Virus record (IMG/VR): IMGVR_UViG_3300024310_000018
Span: 1-38,584 of that record
DNA from: a virus
Taxonomy: Duplodnaviria > Caudoviricetes
Length of the DNA stretch: 38,584 bases
Reading direction: 5' to 3' (one strand)
Shown here: piece by piece, positions 8,384-17,720 of the stretch
Layout of the letters: every line of letters starts with the position of its first letter
Position numbering within the stretch: position 1 is the first letter of the stretch
The notes under the pieces: generated by a model
Seen by the model: the letters and a program-made list of their open reading frames with translations, nothing else
Database searches by the model: none
What the model was told of the DNA's origin: nothing
Program-made: the position numbers and the translations under genes

Positions 8384-8866
8384 TTATCTCCTGAAAGCTT
8401 TTGCTGCGATCACAAGCGCAGCGGATGGCGGACCAACATAGAACAACGCTTGCAAGATCGCGTGTTCGGTTTCCTCAAACTTGCCGGGCAATACTGAAAT
8501 TCCCCATGAACCTACCTGATGTGGCACCCATTGCAGCCACGGGATGACATACCAAAGCATCGTGAATCCGATATGCCATGGCGTAGAGTCCAGCACAATC
8601 ATGCTCGTATGATATGCAAACATCATTGCAATGATAAACCCGGCGAGCCCGAATGGCCCCCATGTCCCTTGACTTTTCTGCACGTCGGCGCGGATTTGCG
8701 CGGCCTGATTTGAAGAGTTGGCCGTGGTATCTGCAAGGTGATTGCCCGCGTCGTTTTCGTTCCTAAAGCGGGTTGTGTTGTCAGCGTGAATGTCTGTGAT
8801 GGTCTTACCGAACGCGCTAAATAGCGCGGTAAGCCCTCCAGAAAGCAGGCTGAGAATAAAATTCAT
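8384..8866 (-). CDS. Holin-like membrane protein
   Basis: Several hydrophobic segments; two genes downstream of the endolysin. Confidence 0.6.
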   Translation of the reverse strand: MNFILSLLSGGLTALFSAFGKTITDIHADNTTRFRNENDAGNHLADTTANSSNQAAQIRADVQKSQGTWGPFGLAGFIIAMMFAYHTSMIVLDSTPWHIGFTMLWYVIPWLQWVPHQVGSWGISVLPGKFEETEHAILQALFYVGPPSAALVIAAKAFRR

Positions 8867-8867
8867 C

Positions 8868-9353
8868 TCAGGCCGCCTTCGCTTCTGCCACGGCCGCGAC
8901 CGCTTCCGTCTTGGTAGAATCCGCCATGGCTACCGCTTCAGCCACCTTGGGATTTTCAGCAACCACCTTGTCAGGCACGGCTACAATCTCGATTGGCAGC
9001 GTGGTCGTATTGCGGAGCCGCTGATCTGCCCAGCCGACGAGGCTGATAGTCAATGGCAACAGATTGAATGCGGCTTGAACGAAGCCCACATATTTCTCGG
9101 GAACAAATGGCATAATCGGCGTGAGGTCGATAGTGCCGATATTAGTCAAAGCTGCCAGAATGATGCCGGTCAAGATTTTCAACCGAGCAAATAGCAACGT
9201 CTCGGATTTCCGGTAAAGGACAATTTCGATAGGCTCGATCCACGCAAAGAACCCGTTGGCCCATGATTTGGTTTTTAGCCATGCGCGACCTTTCAGCGCA
9301 TACCAGAGCAGAAGGATAATGAGCAGAACAACGATTGTGATGCCGATAGCCAT
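8868..9353 (-). CDS. Holin-like multi-TM protein
   Basis: About 3 TM segments; immediately after the endolysin. Confidence 0.6.
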   Translation of the reverse strand: MAIGITIVVLLIILLLWYALKGRAWLKTKSWANGFFAWIEPIEIVLYRKSETLLFARLKILTGIILAALTNIGTIDLTPIMPFVPEKYVGFVQAAFNLLPLTISLVGWADQRLRNTTTLPIEIVAVPDKVVAENPKVAEAVAMADSTKTEAVAAVAEAKAA

Positions 9354-9361
9354 GTTTTCCC

Positions 9362-10138
9362 CTATGCCGCCGCGTAGGCGATTGCCCGTTGGTTATTGAT
9401 GATTGCCTTGCGAATGAAATAGACTGCTAACACAATGCCAACGGCTATCAGAAGCGCCAGCATGATCTTGCCGCCCATTGAACTATGATCGATCGCTGGC
9501 GTTGCGACCGTACCCGCTCCCGATCCTGCTCCGGCCGTCCCCGCCTGCTTTGCTTTCGTCTTGGCCTTTGCGCTTTCCTGATCCATTTGCTTACGAGCGT
9601 CAGGAGCGGACAGTCCCCGACCTATAGACAGCCACATACGAACCGCCGCAGCCTCACCTTGCGCGCAGCGTCGGCCCCAGCCGACGCCGAAATGGCTCCA
9701 GGTTCGCAAGCCATGAAGGAACGCTAACCGGATGGCCCAATATCTCTGGATCAGCAAAACCTTATCGACCGCCGCATTCGACTGTGCCACAATTACGTCA
9801 AGAGATTTGTCGCTGATCCCGATTGCCTTCGCAGCCCAAACCGGAGCGCGGCCAACACCGGAATTGATCGCGGCATCCAACATCGAATAGTCAAATCCGG
9901 CTGGGAGGTCGTCATAGCGCATAGGTGCGGCATAGTGCTTGCGATAGATATCCGAGGCCACCACCTTGGGCATGTTGCGGACATCGTTCGGCGTGGCGTC
10001 AGGCTTCCAGTATTTCCGCGCATCGAATATCGTAATGCCAAAATTGGTAGCGCCGCCGGGGTCAACCGGATCGTTGGTAAAGCCGCCCTCGTCGGCAAAT
10101 ACCCGCATCATCGCCGCGTCGTAAGTGGCTGCTGTCAT
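9362..10138 (-). CDS. Endolysin, glycoside hydrolase family 108, with C-terminal TM
   Basis: EGGF.NDP.DPGGATNFGIT, D.A.NSG and FG.GW.RR motifs; C-terminal hydrophobic helix. Confidence 0.9.
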   Translation of the reverse strand: MTAATYDAAMMRVFADEGGFTNDPVDPGGATNFGITIFDARKYWKPDATPNDVRNMPKVVASDIYRKHYAAPMRYDDLPAGFDYSMLDAAINSGVGRAPVWAAKAIGISDKSLDVIVAQSNAAVDKVLLIQRYWAIRLAFLHGLRTWSHFGVGWGRRCAQGEAAAVRMWLSIGRGLSAPDARKQMDQESAKAKTKAKQAGTAGAGSGAGTVATPAIDHSSMGGKIMLALLIAVGIVLAVYFIRKAIINNQRAIAYAAA

Positions 10139-10298
10139 TTGCGATGCCTTTTCTTGATCGGCTTGGGCCAGATATCCTTAGGCGCTCAGGCTCCTGCCCC
10201 GGACACAGCAGCGCTACCCGGTCAACCCATCCATTGAGACAGGGAGGGTTTTTAGGGATGGCCACTGCCAACCAGATTACACAGCATAGGATTTCCAT
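10062..10298 (-). CDS. Possible small protein between tail fibre and endolysin
   Basis: ATG directly after the tail-fibre stop, but overlaps the endolysin by about 77 bp. Confidence 0.35.
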   Translation of the reverse strand: MEILCCVIWLAVAIPKNPPCLNGWVDRVALLCPGQEPERLRISGPSRSRKGIANDSSHLRRGDDAGICRRGRLYQRSG

Positions 10299-10301
10299 GA
10301 T

Positions 10302-11768
10302 CTAAGCGCCCCTAGTATCCTTCCATCCATAGGTATAGATCGAATAAGTCGCGGCTGAATTCGTCGCGAACCGAACCGCGATCTGGGAAGCGGTGTTGGT
10401 GACAATCTCATATTGTCCTGCCGTGAGATTGTTGTTTCCGGTCTGGATGTTGGTATTGGTATTGGTGCTCACCGCTTGGTCAGTTTCAGAAATCGCCACC
10501 AACTTGCCGGAAGTACCAGTTGTGGCATTCAGAGACGCCCGCATGAGGGCGCTTACAATAACGCCGCTCGGCACGGTCAACGCCGTATTGGTAAGCGCCG
10601 AAACAACCGTGGAATTACTGACATCGGCAGCCACCGTACCCCAGATGAAAGTATCTCCGGTTTGGGTAAACGCGAGCCAATGCGCCGAACCATCAGTGCG
10701 AAGCGATCCAATACGCCTGTGCAAAGTGTAATTGGTTGGCATCGTAGGATTGTTTGGGTCAAGAGAAAATAGCACATCCACAACGCCGGTATCGGTGCGC
10801 TCAATCAAATGCACATGGTACCAGGTGGTATTGGCAATCGCGCCGGTATCCAAGCCGCCGTTTCCAGAACCGACCGCCCACGAGGAAGTGGTTTTGGTAT
10901 AGGCTGAGCCAAGCGACATCAGCGTGGCGTTTGTGGTATCGTTGGCAACACCTACCGCAATTCCAAAACTAGCAGAACTGCCGGCCGTCGATAGCGTCAA
11001 ACCGGAAATGTAATTTGGGACTAGCGTTGGATTGAGGGTTGCTGAGATAACCGGATTGGTGGCGTGGCTGATGGCGATACCGCTTCCAGCCGTAATCAGT
11101 GCAGTCAAATAATCATATGCATTGGTACGATGCATGATTCCGGAAACAAACGACGAAGCCCCCAAGCGCTGCCATGGATAATTGCCAGCCTCATCCGTCA
11201 CCACGGAACTGGCAAATTGAGCGGCGAATGTCAGGTTGAATGTAGCCCCCGTGCCGGAGCCATCCGTTGAGCCTTGCGAAACGGGGTTGGTGGGCTTAAC
11301 CGTGAACTGCCCCGGATAGGCCACAGTAACCGTGGCAATCGCCGATCCGCTGAGAGTGGCGACTTTCAGGAGACAGGATATCGATCCAATAGATGTCCCA
11401 CCCGCTGTCTGGACAACATCCCCGACAACATATCCGGAGCCGCCGCTTTGTACCGTAGCCGATGCCACCTGATAGATCGAGGAATTGACAATCAATCCGA
11501 GCGATTTTGAGACAAGGCCGACTTCACCCGTGGTCGGAAGATACATCCCCGAGGTCGCATCCGAAGTAAACGAGATACCAGGTGCACCCAAAGAACCTGC
11601 TATCGCCTTGAAAGCAGCCGTCATTCCGGCCTGACCGTCTCGGGTTAGACAGTCCGACAATCCTGTGGCAATATCGGTGAAATTGGCATTGACCGCCGCA
11701 CTCAATATCGTCGTGTTGGGCACGAAGGTATTGATGATCGTGAACGACCCGCTTCCGTTAAAGGGTAT
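10302..11768 (-). CDS. Tail fibre / receptor-binding protein (probable ATA start)
   Basis: N-terminal PFNGSGSF...N.NF.DIATGLSDCLTRDGQ virion-attachment-type segment; Gly/Ser/Thr-rich; GGAGG 5 nt before in-frame ATA 11768. Confidence 0.8.
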   Translation of the reverse strand: MPFNGSGSFTIINTFVPNTTILSAAVNANFTDIATGLSDCLTRDGQAGMTAAFKAIAGSLGAPGISFTSDATSGMYLPTTGEVGLVSKSLGLIVNSSIYQVASATVQSGGSGYVVGDVVQTAGGTSIGSISCLLKVATLSGSAIATVTVAYPGQFTVKPTNPVSQGSTDGSGTGATFNLTFAAQFASSVVTDEAGNYPWQRLGASSFVSGIMHRTNAYDYLTALITAGSGIAISHATNPVISATLNPTLVPNYISGLTLSTAGSSASFGIAVGVANDTTNATLMSLGSAYTKTTSSWAVGSGNGGLDTGAIANTTWYHVHLIERTDTGVVDVLFSLDPNNPTMPTNYTLHRRIGSLRTDGSAHWLAFTQTGDTFIWGTVAADVSNSTVVSALTNTALTVPSGVIVSALMRASLNATTGTSGKLVAISETDQAVSTNTNTNIQTGNNNLTAGQYEIVTNTASQIAVRFATNSAATYSIYTYGWKDTRGA

Positions 11769-11779
11769 GGCAACCTCCC

Positions 11780-12106
11780 ATGAAATTCTTGCAGTTCTGC
11801 ATCGCCGTCGCCGTGATCGGATCGAATGGCGAATACCATTGGACGCCGAACGGATATGTCGCGGGATTAGTCGCTCTGTTCGCTGCATTGCTGGCGACTG
11901 CGATTGTCATGGAATCAACGCGTCTCTGCCGTTGGCTGTTGCTGGGTTTTCAAAAGCATTTCCGTAATGAGCAGCCGGCGGGCTTCCGGACTATTGGGCA
12001 AAGCCCCGTTCATCAGTTGATTGGACAGATAGGATTGGACGGGCGGGGACATGACGACGCGGCCTCCCACCGCTTGGGGAATTCCAAGCAGCGCGCTATT
12101 CAATAG
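11780..12106 (+). CDS. Antisense small membrane protein (superinfection-exclusion candidate)
   Basis: Two hydrophobic segments fill the gap between late genes; 3' part overlaps the ejection gene. Confidence 0.55.
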   Translation: MKFLQFCIAVAVIGSNGEYHWTPNGYVAGLVALFAALLATAIVMESTRLCRWLLLGFQKHFRNEQPAGFRTIGQSPVHQLIGQIGLDGRGHDDAASHRLGNSKQRAIQ

Positions 12107-13585
12107 ATGAAACGCATTCGCCCGTTGTGCCGTTCCTGAATTCGGCAAAGGCGTCATGACATTCGCCCCGGCCCGCGCCAGTTCTGCGAATTGCCCTTCT
12201 CCCCTCGCATAGCCGCCGCGATTTTCACCGGCAACGGTATTGCGGAGATTGGCTGGCGTGATCTGACCTTCGCTGGTCGCCTCGCCCGCTCTTGAAGCGG
12301 CTTTCTCAATTACCTTTTGCGCGGCATATTCCCGGCGTGTCTGCTGCCAAAGTGCCTGATCTTCCGGAGAGATAGACCGGCCCATCGCGCTATCGAGCGC
12401 ATTTCGCATATCCCGCAGGGCTTGCGAAAGCGTTGGGTCGCTCCCGCGCAGTGCATTTGACTGCGCCGTAAGCCGGGACCGCATTTCCTGATATTGCGGC
12501 CCCGGCATGTGGCCATTGTTCACATGTCCTACAATATCATCAATATATCCCTGTACTATTTGACGCTGTTGGCTATCGGGCACCTTACGGTAATTGCGCG
12601 CGGCATCCACGATGTCATTGACGAAATGATTATCCGGCGTGAGATTGTTTCTAGCCGCGAGATCGTTAAATGATTGCCCGAGCCTTCCCTGATTAGCTGT
12701 GAGAACTTCGGGCGTGGCTTCCGGTCCTGTACCAGCCCGTCTTAATGCTGCTTCCGTGAATTGCCGCTGGCCTTGTCCTTCGATCCGCGAAGCACCGCCG
12801 CCAGCCATAGGAGCTGAACTTGCGGCATCCTCGATATACTGAAGCGCTTTGTTGCCAGTTCGCTGGCCTGCGGTAAGAGAAGTCACACCTTCATCCGCAA
12901 GTGTGGCAACCGCCGCCTGCTTTGCAGCGCTGGATGGAATAGGCGTTACAAGCCGCGCTGGATTGGGAATGCTTGAGGCAACCCCAATCGCCGCTTTTTG
13001 ATAAGGCTTCCAGCTTGTCTCGGGAAGGTTTTCTTCCGCAGCTTGAGTGGCCACACCGGGAGCCACGGCATAACGAATAGCATTCCCCGCCAGTGAGCCG
13101 CCGCCCGTTGCAGCCGCCGCTACCGCACCCGGCAGGAATTCGCCAACGCTCTTGCCGTATTTGCTGCCCTCGCCGGTCGGTTCGTAAGGTTTTTCCCCGC
13201 CGTAATAGCGGTTCTGGATTTCTTTGCCCATGCTTTCGGAAGTGGGAATCTTGCTGAGAGCGGATGCAATAGGACCGGGAGTTGACGGCGGTTCATATTT
13301 CGGCAGGCCAAGCTTTTCGCTCAACCAATCGCTTGCACCCCCTATCCCCTTGGCCGCGAGATTCGTCATATCCCCCGGCATACCCAAGAGCGCAGCCGTT
13401 CCGCTCGCAACTCCGGCATCAATGCCCTTGGCGGTATCAATCGCTATATCCTTCAACGTGGCCGGCGGCTTTGTCGAATTCTCCGCGTGCCATTGCTTCG
13501 CTCCATTGATTGCCGCGCCCTGATCGGCGGCTTCAATGTCGAGCTTCTGTCCGCTCGGGGTTTCGATGGTGAATACTGGCATCAA
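11915..13585 (-). CDS. DNA ejection / internal virion protein
   Basis: Ala/Gly-rich helical 556 aa; LT.GQ.TG and PNSGTA.R motifs; position before the tail fibre. Confidence 0.75.
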   Translation of the reverse strand: MMPVFTIETPSGQKLDIEAADQGAAINGAKQWHAENSTKPPATLKDIAIDTAKGIDAGVASGTAALLGMPGDMTNLAAKGIGGASDWLSEKLGLPKYEPPSTPGPIASALSKIPTSESMGKEIQNRYYGGEKPYEPTGEGSKYGKSVGEFLPGAVAAAATGGGSLAGNAIRYAVAPGVATQAAEENLPETSWKPYQKAAIGVASSIPNPARLVTPIPSSAAKQAAVATLADEGVTSLTAGQRTGNKALQYIEDAASSAPMAGGGASRIEGQGQRQFTEAALRRAGTGPEATPEVLTANQGRLGQSFNDLAARNNLTPDNHFVNDIVDAARNYRKVPDSQQRQIVQGYIDDIVGHVNNGHMPGPQYQEMRSRLTAQSNALRGSDPTLSQALRDMRNALDSAMGRSISPEDQALWQQTRREYAAQKVIEKAASRAGEATSEGQITPANLRNTVAGENRGGYARGEGQFAELARAGANVMTPLPNSGTAQRANAFHLLNSALLGIPQAVGGRVVMSPPVQSYLSNQLMNGALPNSPEARRLLITEMLLKTQQQPTAETR

Positions 13586-14862
13586 TGCACCTTCAAAATC
13601 TTGAAGCCGCCAGAGCCATCCCCGCCGCTTGCTTGCCTGTCGCGTTCCAGATCAAGCGCAATTGGATTGCCCGTGATCGGGTTGATGATCGGATTGCGCT
13701 GATAAAATTCGGTTCGCAGTTTTTCATACTGAGCCGCGTCTTTCGCGGTAGACGTGAACTGGCGCAATGCCTGCGACTGGTCCGCAACCTGCATGGTCAT
13801 TTTCAGAAGCGCTTCCGCACCTTCTTTCGAGTTGTGCGAGCCGGGAACCGATCTCAGATTATTGAATAGCTGGGCATCGGTGCCGCCGCTCTTGGCAAGC
13901 AAGCCCGTAAGTTGCGCGGTCATCTTATCGAATGAATCCGCACTGGCCAGCGCCTCCAATTGATCTTTCATCAGGCCCGGCGCATAATTCGCGGCAATGC
14001 GCTTGACGTTGTTCGACCATTCCGCGGTAGGTCCGAACGTCATCTTGTCGCCGGAACGATGTAAATCATCCAGCATCACGCCAGCCACCCGTTTGATAGT
14101 CGGGGCATCCGCCGCCGCGCCAATATCCGATTTGGCTATATTGGTACTGGCTTCCGCCCCGCCTTGGGTGAAGGCTTTTTGAGCCGCAAATTCCCGGCCC
14201 TTGGCGGCGAGTTCATCCAATGACATTGGACGGTTTGGAGCGCCGTTCGGAGCGGGCATGGCCGCAGGCGGTGCAGTCGGGAGAACCGCGCCGGCCTGCG
14301 GCCCCCCGCCGCCGGCTTGCGGAGCTGGCATTGCTGGGCCTGTAGGAGCCACGCCGGGCGAAGGAATAGGAGCATCCGTAGAAACCCCTTCCGCCCCTTG
14401 GTGGACGCGGTAGCCGGGCGTATATGGGCCTTGGATAGGCGCTGCCTGGACACCCTGAGCCGGGCTCTGATAGCCGGGCTGGCCAAATTCGGATTTGGTT
14501 GGTTGGGGCGTGACCAAGGCCCCGATCAAAGCCCGATGCTCCGGCGCAGCCATGGGGTTGGCATAGACCCGTCCTGCCGTATTCGGATCGATGGGTTGGC
14601 CCTTCTGCAATTGGGCGATCAAAGCGCTTACATCCCCTGAATTCTGTCCCGCCGCCTGCGATTGGATTTCATTGGCCCGGTTGCGCTCTAGTCCTGCGGT
14701 TAGAGCGGTAATCATATTGGCGAATGCCCCGGTAGGACGATTGACGTTTTCGCCTGAGCGTTTTGTCAGTTCCGCCGCATAGGCGCGTTGCGTCGCCAAC
14801 TGTTCCGGAGTGGCATAGGCCGGATTGGTGAAGTTCGGAGAGGACTGGAAATAATCAGCCAT
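13582..14862 (-). CDS. DNA ejection / internal virion protein
   Basis: 426 aa Ala/Gln/Pro-rich; middle of three ejection-type genes. Confidence 0.7.
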   Translation of the reverse strand: MADYFQSSPNFTNPAYATPEQLATQRAYAAELTKRSGENVNRPTGAFANMITALTAGLERNRANEIQSQAAGQNSGDVSALIAQLQKGQPIDPNTAGRVYANPMAAPEHRALIGALVTPQPTKSEFGQPGYQSPAQGVQAAPIQGPYTPGYRVHQGAEGVSTDAPIPSPGVAPTGPAMPAPQAGGGGPQAGAVLPTAPPAAMPAPNGAPNRPMSLDELAAKGREFAAQKAFTQGGAEASTNIAKSDIGAAADAPTIKRVAGVMLDDLHRSGDKMTFGPTAEWSNNVKRIAANYAPGLMKDQLEALASADSFDKMTAQLTGLLAKSGGTDAQLFNNLRSVPGSHNSKEGAEALLKMTMQVADQSQALRQFTSTAKDAAQYEKLRTEFYQRNPIINPITGNPIALDLERDRQASGGDGSGGFKILKVH

Positions 14863-15677
14863 TAGCCCCAGCCTCCCTGAATAGAGCTAGCGGCGCTCTT
14901 GAATATGCCGGGGATCGTACTACCCGGCGAGATCGCAAGTCCAACACCGGCCGTTCCCAGCTTGCCAATGTTGTTCCACGTGTTCTCGTAATTCTTGAGT
15001 TGGTTTTCGTAGTTCGACTGCACAGCACCCTGATAATTCGCCGGCTGGATATTGGCAGTCGGGGTGTTCTGGAAAGTCGGCCCTGTCGGTCCTGACATGC
15101 CGAATAATCCGCCGATGGTGGACAACGGCGTTTGATATTCCTGCATGGCCTGTCCGAAGGCTTGTCCCTCATTCTGTTGCAAATATTGGTTAGTGACATC
15201 GCCCTGATTGCGGGCAAGCAGATTCTTGGCGTTGTCATAAGCCGCCGTTCCCGGCATCAATCCCTGATTGCGAAGCTGCGCTTCAAGGTTACTGCTCTGC
15301 TGATTGAATATCGGCTGCACATAACGAGCGCTCCAATCATTCAGCTTTCCGGCAACCGCACCTGTTGCACTGTTGAAATCATAGGGCTTCGAATACATCC
15401 CGGCTGAGTTTTTCGCCAGATCAAGCCCGGCCTGTCCCGTGGTGGCCTGCGTGCCGGTTCTGATATCGAGCAAGTTCTGTTGTGGTGCCGATAACGACGA
15501 AACGAGTTTGTAACCCGAAGGGCTGCTCGGATCGGTCACATACTGCATCGTGCCGGTAGGAGCTTCCTGATTAAATGAATTCGCCTTCTGCTGGGCGGCT
15601 GCGGCCTGCGTGTTATATTGCTGCTGCGTATTTGAGGTCGCAGTCGGGTCCGGAGCGTTGGGAGGGGAAAAGCTCAT
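14862..15677 (-). CDS. DNA ejection / pilot-like virion protein
   Basis: Start MSFSPPNAPDP; L.NQGL.PGT.AYD.A motif; Gln/Asn-rich; follows the GNAT gene. Confidence 0.7.
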   Translation of the reverse strand: MSFSPPNAPDPTATSNTQQQYNTQAAAAQQKANSFNQEAPTGTMQYVTDPSSPSGYKLVSSLSAPQQNLLDIRTGTQATTGQAGLDLAKNSAGMYSKPYDFNSATGAVAGKLNDWSARYVQPIFNQQSSNLEAQLRNQGLMPGTAAYDNAKNLLARNQGDVTNQYLQQNEGQAFGQAMQEYQTPLSTIGGLFGMSGPTGPTFQNTPTANIQPANYQGAVQSNYENQLKNYENTWNNIGKLGTAGVGLAISPGSTIPGIFKSAASSIQGGWG

Positions 15678-15678
15678 G

Positions 15679-16095
15679 TCATTGCAGCGCCTTTCCCGCG
15701 AGCCGTGCGAGGTTCTTGCCATAAAGTCCGTACATGATGGCGTCCTGATCGCCGTAACCACACTTACGAACGCCCTCGAATTCAAATCCTACTTTACGAA
15801 TTCCGCGGGTCATCATCTTGTTTGAGCGCGAAGTCCTTGCCGTGATCCGGGAAACACCCAATTTTTCCACTGCGATCCGCGCGATGCCCTGCACGATTCC
15901 AAGGGTGAGCGTGTTCGGCCCGTAGTAGGATAGTTCAACGTCCGGCCCGTTGTGGGCATGAAACAGACAAGCAGCTACCAAGGTGCCATTTTCGAGAATG
16001 CCAACCGCCATACAGAACTGAGTGGGGTGAAAATTGAACGTGTTAAACGCCCAAGTCGCCACTTCCACGTCATGCCCGAGAAGGAAGGTTTTCAT
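15679..16095 (-). CDS. GNAT-fold acetyltransferase-like protein of the podovirus tail module
   Basis: N..M...IRKVGFEFEGV.K..YG..DAI.YGL, a RimL-like C-terminal motif. Confidence 0.8.
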   Translation of the reverse strand: MKTFLLGHDVEVATWAFNTFNFHPTQFCMAVGILENGTLVAACLFHAHNGPDVELSYYGPNTLTLGIVQGIARIAVEKLGVSRITARTSRSNKMMTRGIRKVGFEFEGVRKCGYGDQDAIMYGLYGKNLARLAGKALQ

Positions 16096-17720
16096 CAGAA
16101 AAAGGCCCTTCCCTGTTCGGCGATCAAATCCCAGCTATTGAGTTGAAGAACAACACCATTGGATGAACCGTTGGCGACGGTCGAAACCTTGGTGATGATC
16201 GAGGCGCATTGTCCGATACCTTCAACCGTGGTCCAGTTTGCAACCACTGAGGAATTAACCGGCCAAATCGCGACATCCCAAAGAGCGACATCCCATAGCG
16301 CAGAAACCGCCGTGGACGTTGAAGGAATGGAAATCGGCGCATCGGTGCCGAAGTCGATATTCAATCCAACTCCGGGGGTGACACTTCCATCGGTCGTAAT
16401 GATCGGGCGAACCATGGTCCATCGCTTCAGATGTCCACGGGTTTCAAAATAGTTGAACGCGGTCTGCACCGTCGCTGTAATCGGATAATTGAGTGAGTTG
16501 ATATAATCTCCCGAGCCGAAATCCCATTGATAGACCCGGCCGTCATTCGACCCAAAGTACGGCGTATCGTTCAGCACTTCCCAGCAATTCGCATTCAATC
16601 CGGTGAACTGACACCAAGCGCCGGTAAGCGTGTTCATGACGTATTGAACCGAGGTCGAGTTCTCGATTTGGGGAATATTCAAAATCGCCAACTGCCCCTT
16701 GGCGTATTCGATGAACTGCCAACCGAAGTTTCCGCTATAGAGTTTTGCGGAATTCATCATGGCATTCATGATGTTTGTAGTGGGCGCGACCTTCGCGACC
16801 GCTCCCCGATCCAACGTCATCATTTCTGACATCGGGACCACACCGTCCACACAGATTATCCAAAGATTTCCCGAGATACGAAGAAAACAACGCTTTCCAA
16901 GCGGGGCGCCCAAATCATAAACGCCGACTAGCGCAAATGTGTTGGCTGTAGTGGGATCAGTCCCCTGATAGACAATGACCTGACCGCGAGACGTGATGAA
17001 CGCGATATATTCGTCAACCGTCTGTTTGGAATCCTGTGTCCAGGTGGAGATCTGATTAACGTAACCGCCCCGCGTCATCTGCTGACCGAGATCGAACGTC
17101 GTCACCGCCCCTGAAATCGCACTATTGCCGAGATAACCCACCGCAGTTGAATTGACGAACGTGCACCACAACCGTCCTTTCCATGCCGTCCATGAGGCAA
17201 TCGTATTTGCCGTTACACCCGTTAGTGTCATGGTGGCCCATGATGTACCGTCGTAAATGACCGGCGTATCTACACCGTTTCCAGCCACTAGCCATGCATT
17301 CACCGCCGCATTGGTAAAATTGCAGCCCTGCCAACGGTTGTTGGATAGCCCGGTAATGGTTGTGATGGTCGCCACACCGCCTGCGGTCACGTCATAAATC
17401 GCACCCGCACCCCATGCGAACAGTTTTGAATTCGTGAGGTTAGGCGAATTGTACGCCATCACGGTTTCGACCGGAGACGATGAAGTCCCAACCCCCGAGG
17501 CCCATGATCGGCAACCTCTACGGATTTCAAGATAGCCGGGCCTCGGAACCCAATTGTCCAATTGAACCGCATGGTCCGGGTCCATATTGGCGAGCGAACT
17601 GATCTGGTCCCAGCCCTTGATTGAAGCCGGAATAGACATCGGGGTAGCCGAACCCGTTCCCGCCATCAATCTGTTACGGGTTTTCGGGTTCATTTCCAGT
17701 GCAAGCGTGTTACGCATCAT
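16095..17720 (-). CDS. Tail nozzle / DNA stabilisation protein (P22 gp10-like role)
   Basis: About 541 aa beta-rich; A..LDNW.P......R.G N-terminal pattern and WD...WD C-terminal pattern; follows the adaptor. Confidence 0.75.
   Translation of the reverse strand: MMRNTLALEMNPKTRNRLMAGTGSATPMSIPASIKGWDQISSLANMDPDHAVQLDNWVPRPGYLEIRRGCRSWASGVGTSSSPVETVMAYNSPNLTNSKLFAWGAGAIYDVTAGGVATITTITGLSNNRWQGCNFTNAAVNAWLVAGNGVDTPVIYDGTSWATMTLTGVTANTIASWTAWKGRLWCTFVNSTAVGYLGNSAISGAVTTFDLGQQMTRGGYVNQISTWTQDSKQTVDEYIAFITSRGQVIVYQGTDPTTANTFALVGVYDLGAPLGKRCFLRISGNLWIICVDGVVPMSEMMTLDRGAVAKVAPTTNIMNAMMNSAKLYSGNFGWQFIEYAKGQLAILNIPQIENSTSVQYVMNTLTGAWCQFTGLNANCWEVLNDTPYFGSNDGRVYQWDFGSGDYINSLNYPITATVQTAFNYFETRGHLKRWTMVRPIITTDGSVTPGVGLNIDFGTDAPISIPSTSTAVSALWDVALWDVAIWPVNSSVVANWTTVEGIGQCASIITKVSTVANGSSNGVVLQLNSWDLIAEQGRAFF

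Noticed and set aside
10302-10700. Diversity-generating retroelement or invertible cassette at the fibre tip
   Set aside because: No reverse transcriptase, invertase or second copy of the fibre 3' end was seen
11769-11888. Arg-rich N-terminal extension of the tail fibre in the ORF track
   Set aside because: It is the antisense shadow of the membrane ORF; the SD and fibre-like sequence start at 11768
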